Of a stretch of DNA of 64,000 nucleotides, positions 36,241 to 48,479 are shown piece after piece. The notes below the pieces were generated by a model. That model was not told the DNA's origin and did not search any database. It was given only the letters and a program-made list of their open reading frames with translations. The DNA comes from a virus. Location of the stretch: positions 1 through 64,000 of the IMG/VR virus record IMGVR_UViG_3300035703_000038; one strand, 5' to 3'. The stretch's first letter is position 1. Each line of letters starts with the position of its first letter. The position numbers and the translations under genes are program-made.

Positions 36241-39200
36241 ATGTCGCTTGATATCGCAAATACAGTTCTAAATGCTTCTCCATACTTCGATGATTTCAAC
36301 GAGGATAAGAAGTTTCATAGAATTTTGTTCAGACCTTCTGTTGCCGTTCAAGCTCGTGAACTAAATCAACTTCAGTCTATTCTTCAGAACCAAATTGAGA
36401 GATTTGGTAACCACATCTTCAAAGATGGTTCAATTATTAAGGGTTGTGGTCTATCATTCCTTGCTCCAAATACAGCTCAAGCAATCGAGTTTGTTTCGAT
36501 TAATGACCAGTTCAACACAAACACATCGCTATCATCAACCAACACACAGTTTGCCAATGCAATTGTTGTTGGTAATACATCAGGCGTTGTTGCTCAGATT
36601 ATTTCAGCAAGAGAAGGCTTCAAAGCATCTTCTACACCAGCTAGATTCTTTATTAAGTATACCCAGCCAGCTGCAAATGGCCAAAGAACATTCTCAGAAG
36701 GTGAAGTTCTAAACATCTACCAGCCTGGTAGTCATTCATTGATAAAGTTATTCTTACAGTTAATACAGCTGTAACAGTAAACACAACAAACTTTCCAAAT
36801 GGCTCTAAGATTATTAACGACGTATCCCAAGCTCGTGGTTTTGTTGTCAATGCATATTCAAATACACTTGGTGACTTTGTTGAACTAAGAAATGTCAGAA
36901 AGACATTTGTTGCTGGTGACACAGTTACACTATCAACAGATGCAGGTATAACAGCAAGCATTCTAGATGTTGATTATATCAGCTTTGCCAACTCATTTAT
37001 TGACTCCGTAAATGTATTACCATCCAATGGCGTCCTTTATGGTAACTCATTGGGCTTTGCCTACGGTGTCACAGTATCACCTGGTGTAGTATTCCATAAG
37101 GGCCACTTCATTAAGGTTAGCGAACATACAACAATTGTTAATGAAAATAATGGTGATCCAGCTGGTAAGGTTTTATACTTCAACACCGACGAAGTTGTAG
37201 TTAAGGAAACTGACGATGCATCATTGTTTGATAATGCTTCTGGCACAACAAACATCAACGCACCTGGCGCTCATAGATTAAAACTTGTATCAACACTTAT
37301 TGCAAGAGATAAGGTTGGTGCCAACGCTATTTCAAATACCGATATTGCATTCCCAATTGTTGAGTTTGGAAACAATGGTCCAATCTTCCAAAGAACAAAC
37401 ACAGAGTATAACCTACTAGGTGAAGAGCTAGCTAAGAGAACATTTGAAGAGTCCGGCCACTATATTGTCAAACCATTCAACCTAACAACCAAGCCTCATG
37501 AAAATGATACAACAAGATTGTTCTATGATGTAAGCCAAGGTTTAGCTTATGTCAAGGGTCAAAGAAGAGAATTCATCAATAGACAAAATGTTCCAGGCAG
37601 AAGAGGTGTTGATACAATCAGCCGTGACCAGGCTATCACATCAATGTCATTTGGCAACTACACCCTTATAAATGATTTGAAGGGTTATTTCCCTGTAGAT
37701 CAGTCAAGCGAAGTTGTATTCTATAATGCTGAGCAAAATGCTGTATCTGGTACTGCATACAGAGAACCAGGTTCAACAGCAAACGGCACAATCGTTGGCT
37801 ATGCTAATATTAGAGCAATTAAGTACGTTGACTCAACAACAGCATTGAAGGGTGACCCTTCTGCAGTCTATAGATTATACATTTTTAACTACAGACCAGT
37901 TGGTACCTATACATTCCAAGATGCAAGATCAGTTGTTTACCACTCAGGTGTTGCAAACTCTACAAATGCAGAAGCATTTGCCGATCTAATTCTAAACACA
38001 AATAATGTCCCTACAATCTTTGAACAATCATTAACGCCACTACTATTCAGTTTGAATACGACAGCTGTTAAGGATCTGAGAAATGCTAATGGTGTCTACG
38101 ATACAAACTATTTCTATACAGCTGCTAATACTGCTGCAACTCTCTCAGAAGCAGGTGTAATTACATTTGGTATTGGCGCCCAGCAAGGTATTCTAGGATT
38201 TAGTAACGGCTCCTCAATTGAGGAAGCCTTGGTGGATGTGGTAGTTGAAGCAAACTGTACTACAAATAACTTAGTAGGTACAATCAGTTGTAACAGCACT
38301 AGTACGACTGTAACAGGATCATCTACAACATTCACGCAAGACTTTGTTGTTGGTGAACATATTACTCTACCTTTCCATAGCCAGACTAGAAGAATCACAG
38401 CAATTGCTAGTGACACTTCGTTGACAGTCAATTCAGTATTCTCTACTAGTGTCGCCAACAACTACCAAAGAACACACGTTAAGGGTTCAATTATTGCACT
38501 AAACCCAACAAGTGGTACAAAGAGAGTACTTGATCCATCTGAAGATCAAGAGTCAGCAACAATTAACTTATCATCAGTATATAATGGTCAGACAGCAGTT
38601 ACAGTTAGATTCTACGCATACAATAATGATGGTGCTACTCTAAAGAAAGAAATCACAAGAAATTCTCTTGTAATTATCAACACTGCCAACAACATTGCTA
38701 ATAGCGCTACTGGCCCATGGAATTTGGGTGTACCAGATGTATTGAAGATTACAGGCGTATATGTTGGTACAAACTCATCAAACTTTATTCTAGATGTCAA
38801 CAAGGCATCAGAGTTTGTTCTTGATAATGGTCAGCGCGACACACATTACGACCATGCTAAGATTTCATTATCACCTGAATCTTCAATGAACCTTGCTAAC
38901 AACTGGCTACTAGTTCAGTTTGATTGCTTTACAGTAAACTCATCTGTTGGCCAAGGGTTCTTCTCTGTAGAATCATATCCAGTAAATGATCAGTTGAATG
39001 CAAACGTACAGACATATATCAAGACATACGAGATTCCAAGCTACACTGTAACAGTTGGCAATACCCCAGTCAAGTATGATCTAAGAGATGTTGTTGACTT
39101 TAGACCATATAAGTCTAACACAGCTGCAGTCACTACTTCATTCACTGCTGCAACTATTAACCCTTCAGCAACAAATACATTCCAGACCAAGACTACAGAA

Positions 39201-42062
39201 TATAATCCATGGCCTGGCTCTACAATGCAAACAAACTTCACCTACTACCTAGGTAGAAAGGATAAGTTGGTATTGACAGCCGAAGGACAGTTTAAGGTAG
39301 AAGAAGGTATTCCAGATATTCTACCAAGAGCACTTCCAAATAGTCCTGAAGTGTTAACAATTGCTGATATTACAGTCCCTCCATATCCTTCATTGACAGA
39401 TACTGAGAAGTTGTTCCTACAAAGAACTGACTATAACATCAAGTATGATATTCTATCTCATAAGCGCTTCACAATGAAGGACATTTCGGTTCTTGAGAAG
39501 AGAATTGAGAGACTGGAATATTATACAACACTGAATATGCTAGAGAATCTAGCACTACAAACAACGATTGCTGATAGTAATGGCGACCAAAGATTCCAGA
39601 ATGGCTTCTTTGTTGATCCATTCAACAATCACGTGTTTGGTAGAACAGATGATGCTGAGTATAAGATTGCTATCGATGAAAAGAATGGCCTACTAAGACC
39701 AGCATTTGACCCAGAAGTTATTGAGATGGAGTTTGATACAGACACATCATCATACGCTAATGTTCAGATCACAGGCTCAATGGTTACACTTCCATATACA
39801 GAAGAAGTATTCATCGACCAACCATACGCTTCCGATGTTGTAAACATTTCAGGTTCACCTATCAAGTGGGTTGGTACAATTGATGTAAGACCTAAGGTTG
39901 CCAACGATATTGAATACTTGGCAAGAGCAGTTGCAGTTGGTAGTACATCATCTGTAGCTCAGGCTTATGAAAACATGAAGTCTGTAACACCAGGTACAGC
40001 TCAGTATGGCTGGTGGAGAGATAATGTTCAGACATCTGCCGACTTCAATCCAGGTGCCGCAGCCAATGATGCAAGAGACAGAACAACAATCTCTGCTCAA
40101 TCTGGCACATCTGTAACAACAGAAACAGGTGAGAAGGTTACAGCTGGTATTATCTACTACTCGAAGGAAAGAGTATATGGATTCAAGGCAGTTGGCCTAA
40201 AGCCAAATACTATCCACTACTTGTTTGTCAATGATAATGAAAACTCACAGCTAGCAGCATTGGGTGAGCTAAGCGCAAATCCAAATGCTTCTGATGAAGG
40301 CTTTGTTACAAGAACGACAACATGGGGTACACCACTCGAGTCTGACTCACGCGGTGAAATTATTGGTAAGTTTATTGCACCAGCATTCTCATTGAAGTCT
40401 GGTACACATAGACTATCACTAAGAGATAGAAGAACAAGAGCAACTGGCTTAGATACATCATATGCTGATGCATACTTTGTGTTGGATGTTACAACACAAG
40501 ATCCACCAGACATCGTCGAGCCACCTCCTCCTCCTCCTCCACCACCACCTCCTCCTCCGCCACCAGGCAACACAACTCCACGTCCAAACTTGGATGCAAG
40601 ATTTGTTGTAACTGGCAACACTACGATTTATGCTGAGGCAAATTCAACCGGTGGAATCCCAAGTGGTACATTTACGCTAACATTCACAAATGATAGCACC
40701 ATCTCAAATGGTACCATCACAGGATATAATTGGAACTTTGGTGCAATACCAGGATCTGTAACGTGTTCATTGAATACAGCTGCAAATGCTGGTCCACATA
40801 CAGTTAACATTACGCCAATTAATTCTGTTCAAGATATTAATGTATCGTTGATTGTAACAGACAACACATCTCAGACGAAGGAACAAGTACAAACAATTAG
40901 ACTAACTAAGCTACCTAAGGCTTCTCCACCATCCGCAAATGTTGTTCCAGGTAACACAAGCCCAGAAGGTATGAAGTTAACATTGTTTGCTTCAGTACTA
41001 AACCAGTTGTCAGACTCACTCGTATATAACGATCCAGCTCTAAGACCTGACTTCTACACAAACTGGAACCCAGGTATTTCTGGATTTACTGATGCACAAT
41101 TGTTGTCGCTAACATATGATACTGCAGCATCTCTTGGTACTAACACAGCACTAAGAATTATTGCTAAGCCAGAATATGATTATGAGGGTAATGTTGTTTG
41201 GACAATCACAAGTTCATCTGGTCCAGCTCTAACAAACTACTCATACGCTAACGTAACACAAATGTATGTTACAACTAGCGGTTCTGGTTATTCAAACAAT
41301 GATACAATCAAGCTATCAAATGGCCAGGTAGATGCTACTGCAACATTGTTTACTGATTCATCTGGTGGTATCATCTATGTCAACTTGACATCAAGAGGTA
41401 ACTTCTCTAATGGTGCAGTTGCCAATACTGAATCATTTACAGCAAATAGCACTGTAAACAATAACTTCACAATGAATAGAAGTGTTTCAAGCAACACAGA
41501 TATTCAGGTTGCAGTTAATGGTCTACTACAAACACCAACAACTGATTATGGTGTAAGTGGCTCAACATTGACATTCCCAACTAACCTAACAGTATCACCA
41601 AGTCCAGACATTGTACAGGTGACACACCTTGCATCGTTGACACCTGGTACTGGTTTGTTGGATGCAAGTCAAATTAGAGTCCAGGTTGCCAACTCAACTG
41701 CTCCTGCCAATAGCACAAACGGTAATACATCAGGTGGTAGTGGAGCTCAGTTTGCGATCATCCTTGGTGGAACAGCAAACTCCATTTCATCATCACCTAA
41801 GGTAACAAACGACACATTCACGTTGTACTCAAGCAGTACATCGAATGCTGAGTCTACTGTTACAGTCCGCGCCCAGTTCTACCTAGCTAATGGCTACGCA
41901 AATGTTGTTGGTACAGCAGAGCAGTCATTCACACTAAGAAACACTGCTGCAGTAACGCCAACTGCTCCAAACCCAGGTGGTGGTTCAACAGGTGTTGGAT
42001 CTGGTAGCAATGGTGGTGGAGCTGGTAAGCGTGACGAAAGAGTTAATGTGAAGAGAAATTAA
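36241..42062 (+). CDS. large virion structural protein (DUF4815/VrlC-like), interrupted by a -1 frameshift at ~36731-36770
   Basis: SPYFDDF...K.F.RILF.P...VQARELNQLQSILQNQIE.FG start; the -1 frame is open from 36732 into ORF 37050..42062 (APGAHRL, LA.RT.EESG.Y, RI..LEYYT.L, NGFFVD.F). Confidence 0.8.
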
Positions 42063-42075
42063 TTGAGGAACGATA

Positions 42076-43797
42076 ATGTCTGATCCAACATCTACAAAGT
42101 ATACAAGTTTAACACAGGTCTTTAGAGTAGCAGCACCAACTGGTATTCCAGGTGTGTTTGTCTCAAAGATTGGCTTGTATTTCAAAGCGAAATCAGATTC
42201 GCTTGGTGCTCAGGTGTTTCTTGTTAGACTAACAAATGGTTTACCAGATCAGGATAAGATTCTTCCAAACTCACTTGTTACAGTTAACCCAGAAGATGTT
42301 AATGTTTCAGCAGATGGTACTGCTGAGACAGTATTTACATTCCCACAACTACAATATCTCGAGTCAGCACAAAGCTATGGCTTCTGTGTAAGACCAATTG
42401 GTAACTCACCAGATTATCTACTATGGGTGGGTGAGCTTGGTGGTCGTGATATTGGTGACGATAAGCCAATTGGCTCTAATCCATTAGTCGAGCAAGCTTA
42501 TTATGCTGGTAACCAGCAAAGATATGCCGACATGATTAACCAGGATATTAAGTTCAAGTTATATAGAGCTAAGTTCTCATCAACCTATGGCACAGCAGCA
42601 ATTAGAAATAAGAATACAGACGTATTCTCAATTTCATCACTATCAACATTGACAGGTGTTGTTGGTATTAGGGCTGGTGATCAATTGTTTGGTTGGTCAA
42701 ATGGGTTTGTCAATACTGCAATCAGTGGTACTGTAAGCAAACTAGACTTGACAAACAGCCTAGTCTACATTAAGAACTCAACTGGCAACTTTACTGCAAA
42801 TAGTGATGTTGCATTTGTGAGAACTGGTAATGAGGAAGATACAGCGCTTTCAAATACAGCCGGTATTCTAGGCTTAGCTAAATTAGCTGCTGCTTCAAGC
42901 AATGGTCTTTACAAATTTAATTATCATGCAATTGTTCCAAAGTTAGGTATTGTCAAGACTCCTCTAACAGATATCACCTTGACGTATAAAGGTGCAATCT
43001 ATAATGGTGCTGCCTACACTCAAGATACAAAAACATTCCGTGTTGATAATGATATTGAATACGAATTCCAAGATGCCACAAGAGTATGGCTTGGTGAGTC
43101 GGAAGAAGTCAATGCTGTAAACCAATTTAGAACTGGTGTTACACCATCTGGCCTACAGTGTACAAATTCATCAATCATAATCGAAGCAACACTTTCATCA
43201 AACAATAACTTCATCTCACCTGTTATTGATCTAAGAAAGAATAATGTTGTGTTGCTACGCAATCTAATCAATGCAAATACAACAAATGAACATACTAGAA
43301 CTGGTGCGGCTGCATCCAAGTATGTTTCAAAGATTGTTACACTTGAAGATCAGATGGAAGCTGAAGATCTAAAGATCTACATTACAGCCAACAAGCCAGC
43401 TAACACAGACATTAAAGTTTACACTAAGGTGTGGAATGCTGCTGACCCAGAATCGTTTGATTCAAAGGTCTGGTCACTAATGGCTCTAGAGAATATTGAA
43501 GGTTCTAGAAATACCAACTCACCAGACGAATATATTGAATATGTTTACTCGTTTGCTAATTCAGCAAGTGCTGCTGGTAATGCATTAGCTGCCTACCAGG
43601 CTAACAATTCAGTTCCTGTTGTTTATTATGCTGCCAACTCAACTGGTGGCGTAACAGGTGGTCCATTCTACGGTGGCGATGGATACGATAGAGTAATTAA
43701 GAAGTTTGCTGTCAAGTTAGTACTAACAGCAGATAGTGGTAAGGAATATGTTTATCCTAAGGTTAATGATCTAAGAGTAATTGCATTGCAGATATAA
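42076..43797 (+). CDS. virion structural protein (resembles the C-terminal region of DUF4815/VrlC-type proteins)
   Basis: L.Q.F; G.FVS.I.LYF..K; D.KF.LYRA.F; SPVID; SKYVSK.V.L; P...DLR.IAL. Confidence 0.75.
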   Translation: MSDPTSTKYTSLTQVFRVAAPTGIPGVFVSKIGLYFKAKSDSLGAQVFLVRLTNGLPDQDKILPNSLVTVNPEDVNVSADGTAETVFTFPQLQYLESAQSYGFCVRPIGNSPDYLLWVGELGGRDIGDDKPIGSNPLVEQAYYAGNQQRYADMINQDIKFKLYRAKFSSTYGTAAIRNKNTDVFSISSLSTLTGVVGIRAGDQLFGWSNGFVNTAISGTVSKLDLTNSLVYIKNSTGNFTANSDVAFVRTGNEEDTALSNTAGILGLAKLAAASSNGLYKFNYHAIVPKLGIVKTPLTDITLTYKGAIYNGAAYTQDTKTFRVDNDIEYEFQDATRVWLGESEEVNAVNQFRTGVTPSGLQCTNSSIIIEATLSSNNNFISPVIDLRKNNVVLLRNLINANTTNEHTRTGAAASKYVSKIVTLEDQMEAEDLKIYITANKPANTDIKVYTKVWNAADPESFDSKVWSLMALENIEGSRNTNSPDEYIEYVYSFANSASAAGNALAAYQANNSVPVVYYAANSTGGVTGGPFYGGDGYDRVIKKFAVKLVLTADSGKEYVYPKVNDLRVIALQI

Positions 43798-43798
43798 T

Positions 43799-44014
43799 AT
43801 GGAAAAAGAAATAGTTTATAGAGTGCAGGAAAATCCTGACTACATAAAGGATCAAACAACTGGTGCTATATTAAATACTAATGTAGCTAAGCTGAGAGAT
43901 TACAAGTTGAGAAAGAAACAAGGTCAAAAGATAGAAGACCTTCGAGAGGAAGTAGAGGAGCTAAAGAACCTGCTTAGACAGGTACTTGAGGAAAGAAAAT
44001 GGCAAAATCAATAA
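43799..44014 (+). CDS. small coiled-coil virion-associated protein
   Basis: KD..TGAI.N followed by a coiled coil. Confidence 0.75.
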   Translation: MEKEIVYRVQENPDYIKDQTTGAILNTNVAKLRDYKLRKKQGQKIEDLREEVEELKNLLRQVLEERKWQNQ

Positions 44015-45129
44015 ATTCAGTTGATGCAAATGCAGACTCGTTTGCTACGTGGGTAAACATTACCAACGAATTGGCAAATGCAGTTAGCACTGTGGTCTTG
44101 ACAGCCGGCAACTCTAGCGTCGAAGGTGTCACTGGATCCTCATCAAATAATCTTAACTCTAAGTTGTGGGGCCAGTTTGCGGCCAACACAATTCTAGTTG
44201 GCAACACAATTACATCAAATGTGACAGGTGCCAATGTTGCAATTGAAGCTAACCTAGAACTCAAGACAGCATATAAACTATACACAGTTGGTGATGTTAA
44301 TATTAAAGGCAACTTTGTTGTCGACACAGTAACAAAGATTAAGATTTCCGATAGAACATCACTACCAGGTAGTGGTACAACTGGTTGGTTAAAAGCAAAC
44401 ACAACAGGCTTTTTACAATTTGCCAACTTGGCAATCAAGGGCTCTGACTTTGATTCATCAGAGTTTATATGGACTGGTGCTATTGGTTATGCTAACTCAA
44501 CAAATTCACAATATGATGTTCTAGTATATGACACAGCATCTAGCGCCTGGTTAAGAACAAGATTGACACATTTAGTGACCCAAGAAATTGATACGCTGAC
44601 TCTTGGAACAGTAGTAGCTAATTCTTCTGGTGTTGTAACCCACAATGCTAATACAAGATTTGGTAATCCATCATCTCCATCTTTATTTGTATCTAACACA
44701 ACACAAAGAGTTGGTGTAGGTGGCATTACAGCACCAGCTGCAGCGCTACATGTAAATGGTGCCATCTACTCAACAGGTGATGTCACAACATTCTATACAT
44801 CAGATAAGAATTTGAAGAAGAATGTTGAAAGAATTCCAGATGCTCTAGAAAAGGTTCGCTGGCTAAATGGCGTCTCTTTTGAATGGGATCAGGAAAAGAT
44901 TGGTAATCTATCATTTGTTGGCCCAAAGCCTGACAAGGATATTGGTTTGATTGCCCAGGATGTCGAAAAGGTATTCCCTGAAGCTGTTATGTTAAGAGTT
45001 GATGGGTATAAGGCAGTTGATTATAGCAGGCTAGTACCTGTATTAATTGAGGCTATTAAGGAGCTCAGCTACAGATTAAATATCGTAGAAGCTGAGTTGG
45101 AAGACAAGTACCGCAGCAGTAGTAGGTAA
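43999..45129 (+). CDS. fibre protein with C-terminal intramolecular chaperone (peptidase S74)
   Basis: N-terminal DSF..W...TN; C-terminal SD..LK.N...I..AL.KV..L.GV.F.W, G.IAQDVE.VFPEAV, Y..L...LIEAIKEL. Confidence 0.85.
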   Translation: MAKSINSVDANADSFATWVNITNELANAVSTVVLTAGNSSVEGVTGSSSNNLNSKLWGQFAANTILVGNTITSNVTGANVAIEANLELKTAYKLYTVGDVNIKGNFVVDTVTKIKISDRTSLPGSGTTGWLKANTTGFLQFANLAIKGSDFDSSEFIWTGAIGYANSTNSQYDVLVYDTASSAWLRTRLTHLVTQEIDTLTLGTVVANSSGVVTHNANTRFGNPSSPSLFVSNTTQRVGVGGITAPAAALHVNGAIYSTGDVTTFYTSDKNLKKNVERIPDALEKVRWLNGVSFEWDQEKIGNLSFVGPKPDKDIGLIAQDVEKVFPEAVMLRVDGYKAVDYSRLVPVLIEAIKELSYRLNIVEAELEDKYRSSSR

Positions 45130-45130
45130 A

Positions 45131-45457
45131 ATGGCGACTAAAGTTAATCTGGTTGTAGACCAAGGCACAACATTTACTACATCTATTACCTTCAATGATG
45201 AGAATGGTAATACGATTAACTTTTCTACTTATTCTGGTGCTGCTCAAATGAGAAAGCACTTCACATCATCCAACTCAGTTACTTTTACTGTAGGATTAAC
45301 ATCTAATGGTGTTGTTACATTAGGCTTGACTGCAAACCAAACAGCAAACTTAGTAGCTGGTAGATATGTTTATGATTTGGAGGTAACTGATTCCTCTAAT
45401 CAAATTTCAAGATTAATTGAGGGTATCGTTACTGTTACTCCAAACGTAACTCGTTAA
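45131..45457 (+). CDS. virion adaptor protein (BppU N-terminal-like)
   Basis: NL..DQG.TF; AQMRK; L.A.QT..L.AGRYVYD.E; R..EG..TV.P.VT. Confidence 0.75.
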   Translation: MATKVNLVVDQGTTFTTSITFNDENGNTINFSTYSGAAQMRKHFTSSNSVTFTVGLTSNGVVTLGLTANQTANLVAGRYVYDLEVTDSSNQISRLIEGIVTVTPNVTR

Positions 45458-45460
45458 AAA

Positions 45461-45468
45461 TATAAATA
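45461..45468 (+). promoter_or_regulatory. T4 late promoter
   Basis: TATAAATA in an intergenic gap. Confidence 0.8.
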
Positions 45469-45483
45469 GAATAGTAGACAAAA

Positions 45484-45765
45484 ATGGCTATTATCACAAA
45501 AGTAACAGTTGCCAATCAAAGATTGAATGGTGCTGTTACAGTCAAAAATGTAAACGGCGGTCTACAACAAACTAATAAGGTCAATCCTATTAGTGTTGTA
45601 ACTGGTGCTGCCGGTACAAGTGGTAATAGGTTTGATGAGCTACTCGACGTGACTGAAGGTACACCCGCCAATGGCGATGTTGTCGTATATAATGCTTCAA
45701 ATGATAAGTACGAAGTAAAAAGTTTAAGCAATACGTCAATAACGCTTGACGGAGGCACGTTCTAA
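45484..45765 (+). CDS. small fibre connector protein ending in LDGGTF
   Basis: L.DV......G..VVYN....KY fibre motif; C-terminal LDGGTF. Confidence 0.75.
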   Translation: MAIITKVTVANQRLNGAVTVKNVNGGLQQTNKVNPISVVTGAAGTSGNRFDELLDVTEGTPANGDVVVYNASNDKYEVKSLSNTSITLDGGTF

Positions 45766-45766
45766 A

Positions 45767-48187
45767 ATGGCAAATATAATCAAGATCAAAAGAAGTGCGG
45801 CAACGGATGCACCAACAAGTCTGAATGAAGGCGAGTTAGCATTTTCGTACTTATCAGGCAAGCTGTTTATTGGTAATAGCTCAGCTGTAATCCCAATTGG
45901 TGGTACACACAGCCCTGGTATCTTGACAGCTAACCAAGCGTTGGTAGCAAATGCCACAAGCGGCATTGATAAAGTAATTGTCGCTAACCTAGTACCGACA
46001 TACTTATTTGCCAATGGTGCATCTGGTCAGGCTGGCCAGGTTCTTCTATCAAATTCAACTGGTGGTGTGTATTGGGGTGCCGCTGCTAGCGCACTCGATG
46101 ACCTAACAGATGTCACGCTTTCTTCTGTCGCTAATAACGACTTACTAATTTACGATGCTACTGCTGGCCAGTGGGAAAACCATACTGTCAGCGGTAACGG
46201 TGGCCAGGTTAATGTTGCATTTGCCAGCCAAGACATCACAGTATCGTTGGCACCAGACGTAATTATTGATACAACTCTAACAGTTGGCAACTCTACCGTC
46301 AACTCCGTAGTTAACTCAACAGCTGTATCTACAAACACATTCAATATTACTGGCGGTATTACAGTTGGCCAAAACGTGTCGATCAATACATCGACAATCT
46401 TTATTGGCAACTCAACTGTTAACACAACGATTCAAGCTGGCAATATTGCCCTACGTGGTACACAGATTTCGATTGGTCCAGATCTAGTTATTGATGGCAA
46501 TACAATTATCGTTGGTAACTCAACTGTTAATACAGTTATCAATTCATCATCGATTAGTGTTGATGGTGAAGTAACATCCGGCAATACCAATATTACGGGC
46601 TTCATCAATGTTACATCAACAGCAAACATTGGTGGCGTAATTACTGCAAGAGCTAATGTAACAGTTAATGGTGCATTGCTTGTTGCTAATACAGCTGATC
46701 TTGGTAACACGACTATTACCGGGTTTGCCAATGTTCATGGCAGCTTAAATGTCAATGGTAGTGTTGTAATTGGTGATGATGCATTGGTTGATCTTGTAGC
46801 ATTCAATGCAACCGTAAACACAGACTTCGTATCAGCTGCAAACAACCAGCACAAATTAGGTCTGGCTGATAAGAGATGGGGTGAAGTTAATACTGATAAG
46901 TTGCTAGCAACTAATGGTGCATTTGATACTACAGTAACAGTTGGTTCAAATGTTGTACTAACAACATCAACATTAACTGTTGGCAACTCAACTGTTAACT
47001 CAGTAGTCAACTCAACAGCAATTGATGTAATTACTGTCAATGCTGACACTGCAAGCCTTGGCAACACCACAATTACTGGCTTTGCTAATATTGTCGGCAA
47101 TGCAATTATACATGGCAATGCTGAGCTAGGCAACAGCTTTGGCGTAGATGTTGTATCATTCAAGTCTACAGTTAATACAGAAATCTCTCCATCGGCTAAT
47201 AACCAATATCAATTGGGTCGTGCAGATCTAAGATGGGGTGAAGTAAACGCTAACAATATCCTAGCAACAAATGTTGTATCAGATGGTACAATATCTGTTG
47301 GCTCAAATGTTGTATTGTCTACAGCAACATTGTCAATTGGTAACTCCACTGTCAATACTGTTGTTAACTCAACAAGTGTTACAACTGGTTCCCTAGGCGT
47401 TGCCAACCTAACAGTAAGTGGCGATCTAACAGTACAAGGTAACACTGCTCTAGGCAATGCTGTCACTGATGTTATTTCAATCAATGGTGTTGTCAACACT
47501 AACATCATTCCATCAGCTAACCTAACATATAGCTTAGGTAATAACACTCTATATTGGGCTGAAGTTCACACTGGCAATGTCCATGCTGATTATGGCTACT
47601 TCCAGCATGATGTTGCAATCTACGGCGATTTGACAGTAACAGGCAATCTTGTTACAACAAACGTCCAATCGGTTGTTATTTCTGACCCATTAATCCAGCT
47701 AGCTGCCAATAACGATACATCAGATCTAGTTGACATTGGTTTTGTTGGTCACTATCACACCGGTGGTGCCAATCTCCATACAGGTTTGTTTAGAGATGCA
47801 TCGGTTGATGAGTACTACCTATTTAAGGGGTTAACGCAAGATCTGTTTGGTGTATTGACAGTAAATGTTGCAGATCCAACATTTGCTCTAGCTGACTTAA
47901 ATGCATGGTTGCTATCAGGTGCATTAGTATCCAATAGCACCACTGTAACAATCACAGCTAACTCAACTGTTAATGTCAACATCACTGCAAACAGCTTGTC
48001 ACTATCAACAGCCCTAGATGTTCCATCTGGTGGTACTGGTGTTGGAACATTTACAACTCATGGCATCTTGTTTGGTAACACAACAGGTCCACTAGGCGTA
48101 ACTGCAGCTGGTACAAATGGTCAAGTTCTTCAAGCAAACTCAACTGGTGGTCCAGTATTTGCTGATCTTGATGGAGGCACTTTCTAA
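45767..48187 (+). CDS. tail fibre protein
   Basis: N-terminal IKIKRS....P..L..GELA; GNSTVN repeats; LG..D.RW repeats; C-terminal LDGGTF. Confidence 0.8.
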   Translation: MANIIKIKRSAATDAPTSLNEGELAFSYLSGKLFIGNSSAVIPIGGTHSPGILTANQALVANATSGIDKVIVANLVPTYLFANGASGQAGQVLLSNSTGGVYWGAAASALDDLTDVTLSSVANNDLLIYDATAGQWENHTVSGNGGQVNVAFASQDITVSLAPDVIIDTTLTVGNSTVNSVVNSTAVSTNTFNITGGITVGQNVSINTSTIFIGNSTVNTTIQAGNIALRGTQISIGPDLVIDGNTIIVGNSTVNTVINSSSISVDGEVTSGNTNITGFINVTSTANIGGVITARANVTVNGALLVANTADLGNTTITGFANVHGSLNVNGSVVIGDDALVDLVAFNATVNTDFVSAANNQHKLGLADKRWGEVNTDKLLATNGAFDTTVTVGSNVVLTTSTLTVGNSTVNSVVNSTAIDVITVNADTASLGNTTITGFANIVGNAIIHGNAELGNSFGVDVVSFKSTVNTEISPSANNQYQLGRADLRWGEVNANNILATNVVSDGTISVGSNVVLSTATLSIGNSTVNTVVNSTSVTTGSLGVANLTVSGDLTVQGNTALGNAVTDVISINGVVNTNIIPSANLTYSLGNNTLYWAEVHTGNVHADYGYFQHDVAIYGDLTVTGNLVTTNVQSVVISDPLIQLAANNDTSDLVDIGFVGHYHTGGANLHTGLFRDASVDEYYLFKGLTQDLFGVLTVNVADPTFALADLNAWLLSGALVSNSTTVTITANSTVNVNITANSLSLSTALDVPSGGTGVGTFTTHGILFGNTTGPLGVTAAGTNGQVLQANSTGGPVFADLDGGTF

Positions 48188-48197
48188 GGAGTAGATA

Positions 48198-48416
48198 ATG
48201 GAAAATAATGAATTTAGTGAGAAATTGATTGCTGCTTATAGAGCTAACTGGCTGGAAACAATGGCCCAGCTAGTTGTTCTAAAGACACAACTAGATATAG
48301 TAACAGATAAACTAACTGCTAGTAGTAAGCTGGTAGAAGAATATCAAAAGCAGATACAGATTGAAGCAGCAAAAGCTAGACCTGCTCAGCAGGCACCAAA
48401 ACAAGAACAGAAATAA
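48198..48416 (+). CDS. small coiled-coil protein (possible fibre chaperone)
   Basis: AAGGAG RBS; heptad pattern; follows a fibre gene. Confidence 0.65.
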   Translation: MENNEFSEKLIAAYRANWLETMAQLVVLKTQLDIVTDKLTASSKLVEEYQKQIQIEAAKARPAQQAPKQEQK

Positions 48417-48434
48417 GCTTCAAATCTCAACTAG

Positions 48435-48467
48435 GGCTACGTATAAATAGATACGTAGCCTTTTTTT
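48435..48467 (+). terminator. intrinsic terminator containing a T4 late promoter
   Basis: GGCTACGTAT-AAATAG-ATACGTAGCC-T7, with TATAAATA at 48442-48449. Confidence 0.85.
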
Positions 48468-48479
48468 ATAGGGTTTGAA

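Noticed and set aside
36729-36731. TAG stop-codon reassignment (alternative genetic code)
   Set aside because: The break needs a frame change rather than readthrough, and TAG ends several normal genes (883, 10488, 11297, 36229, 54787, 60184).
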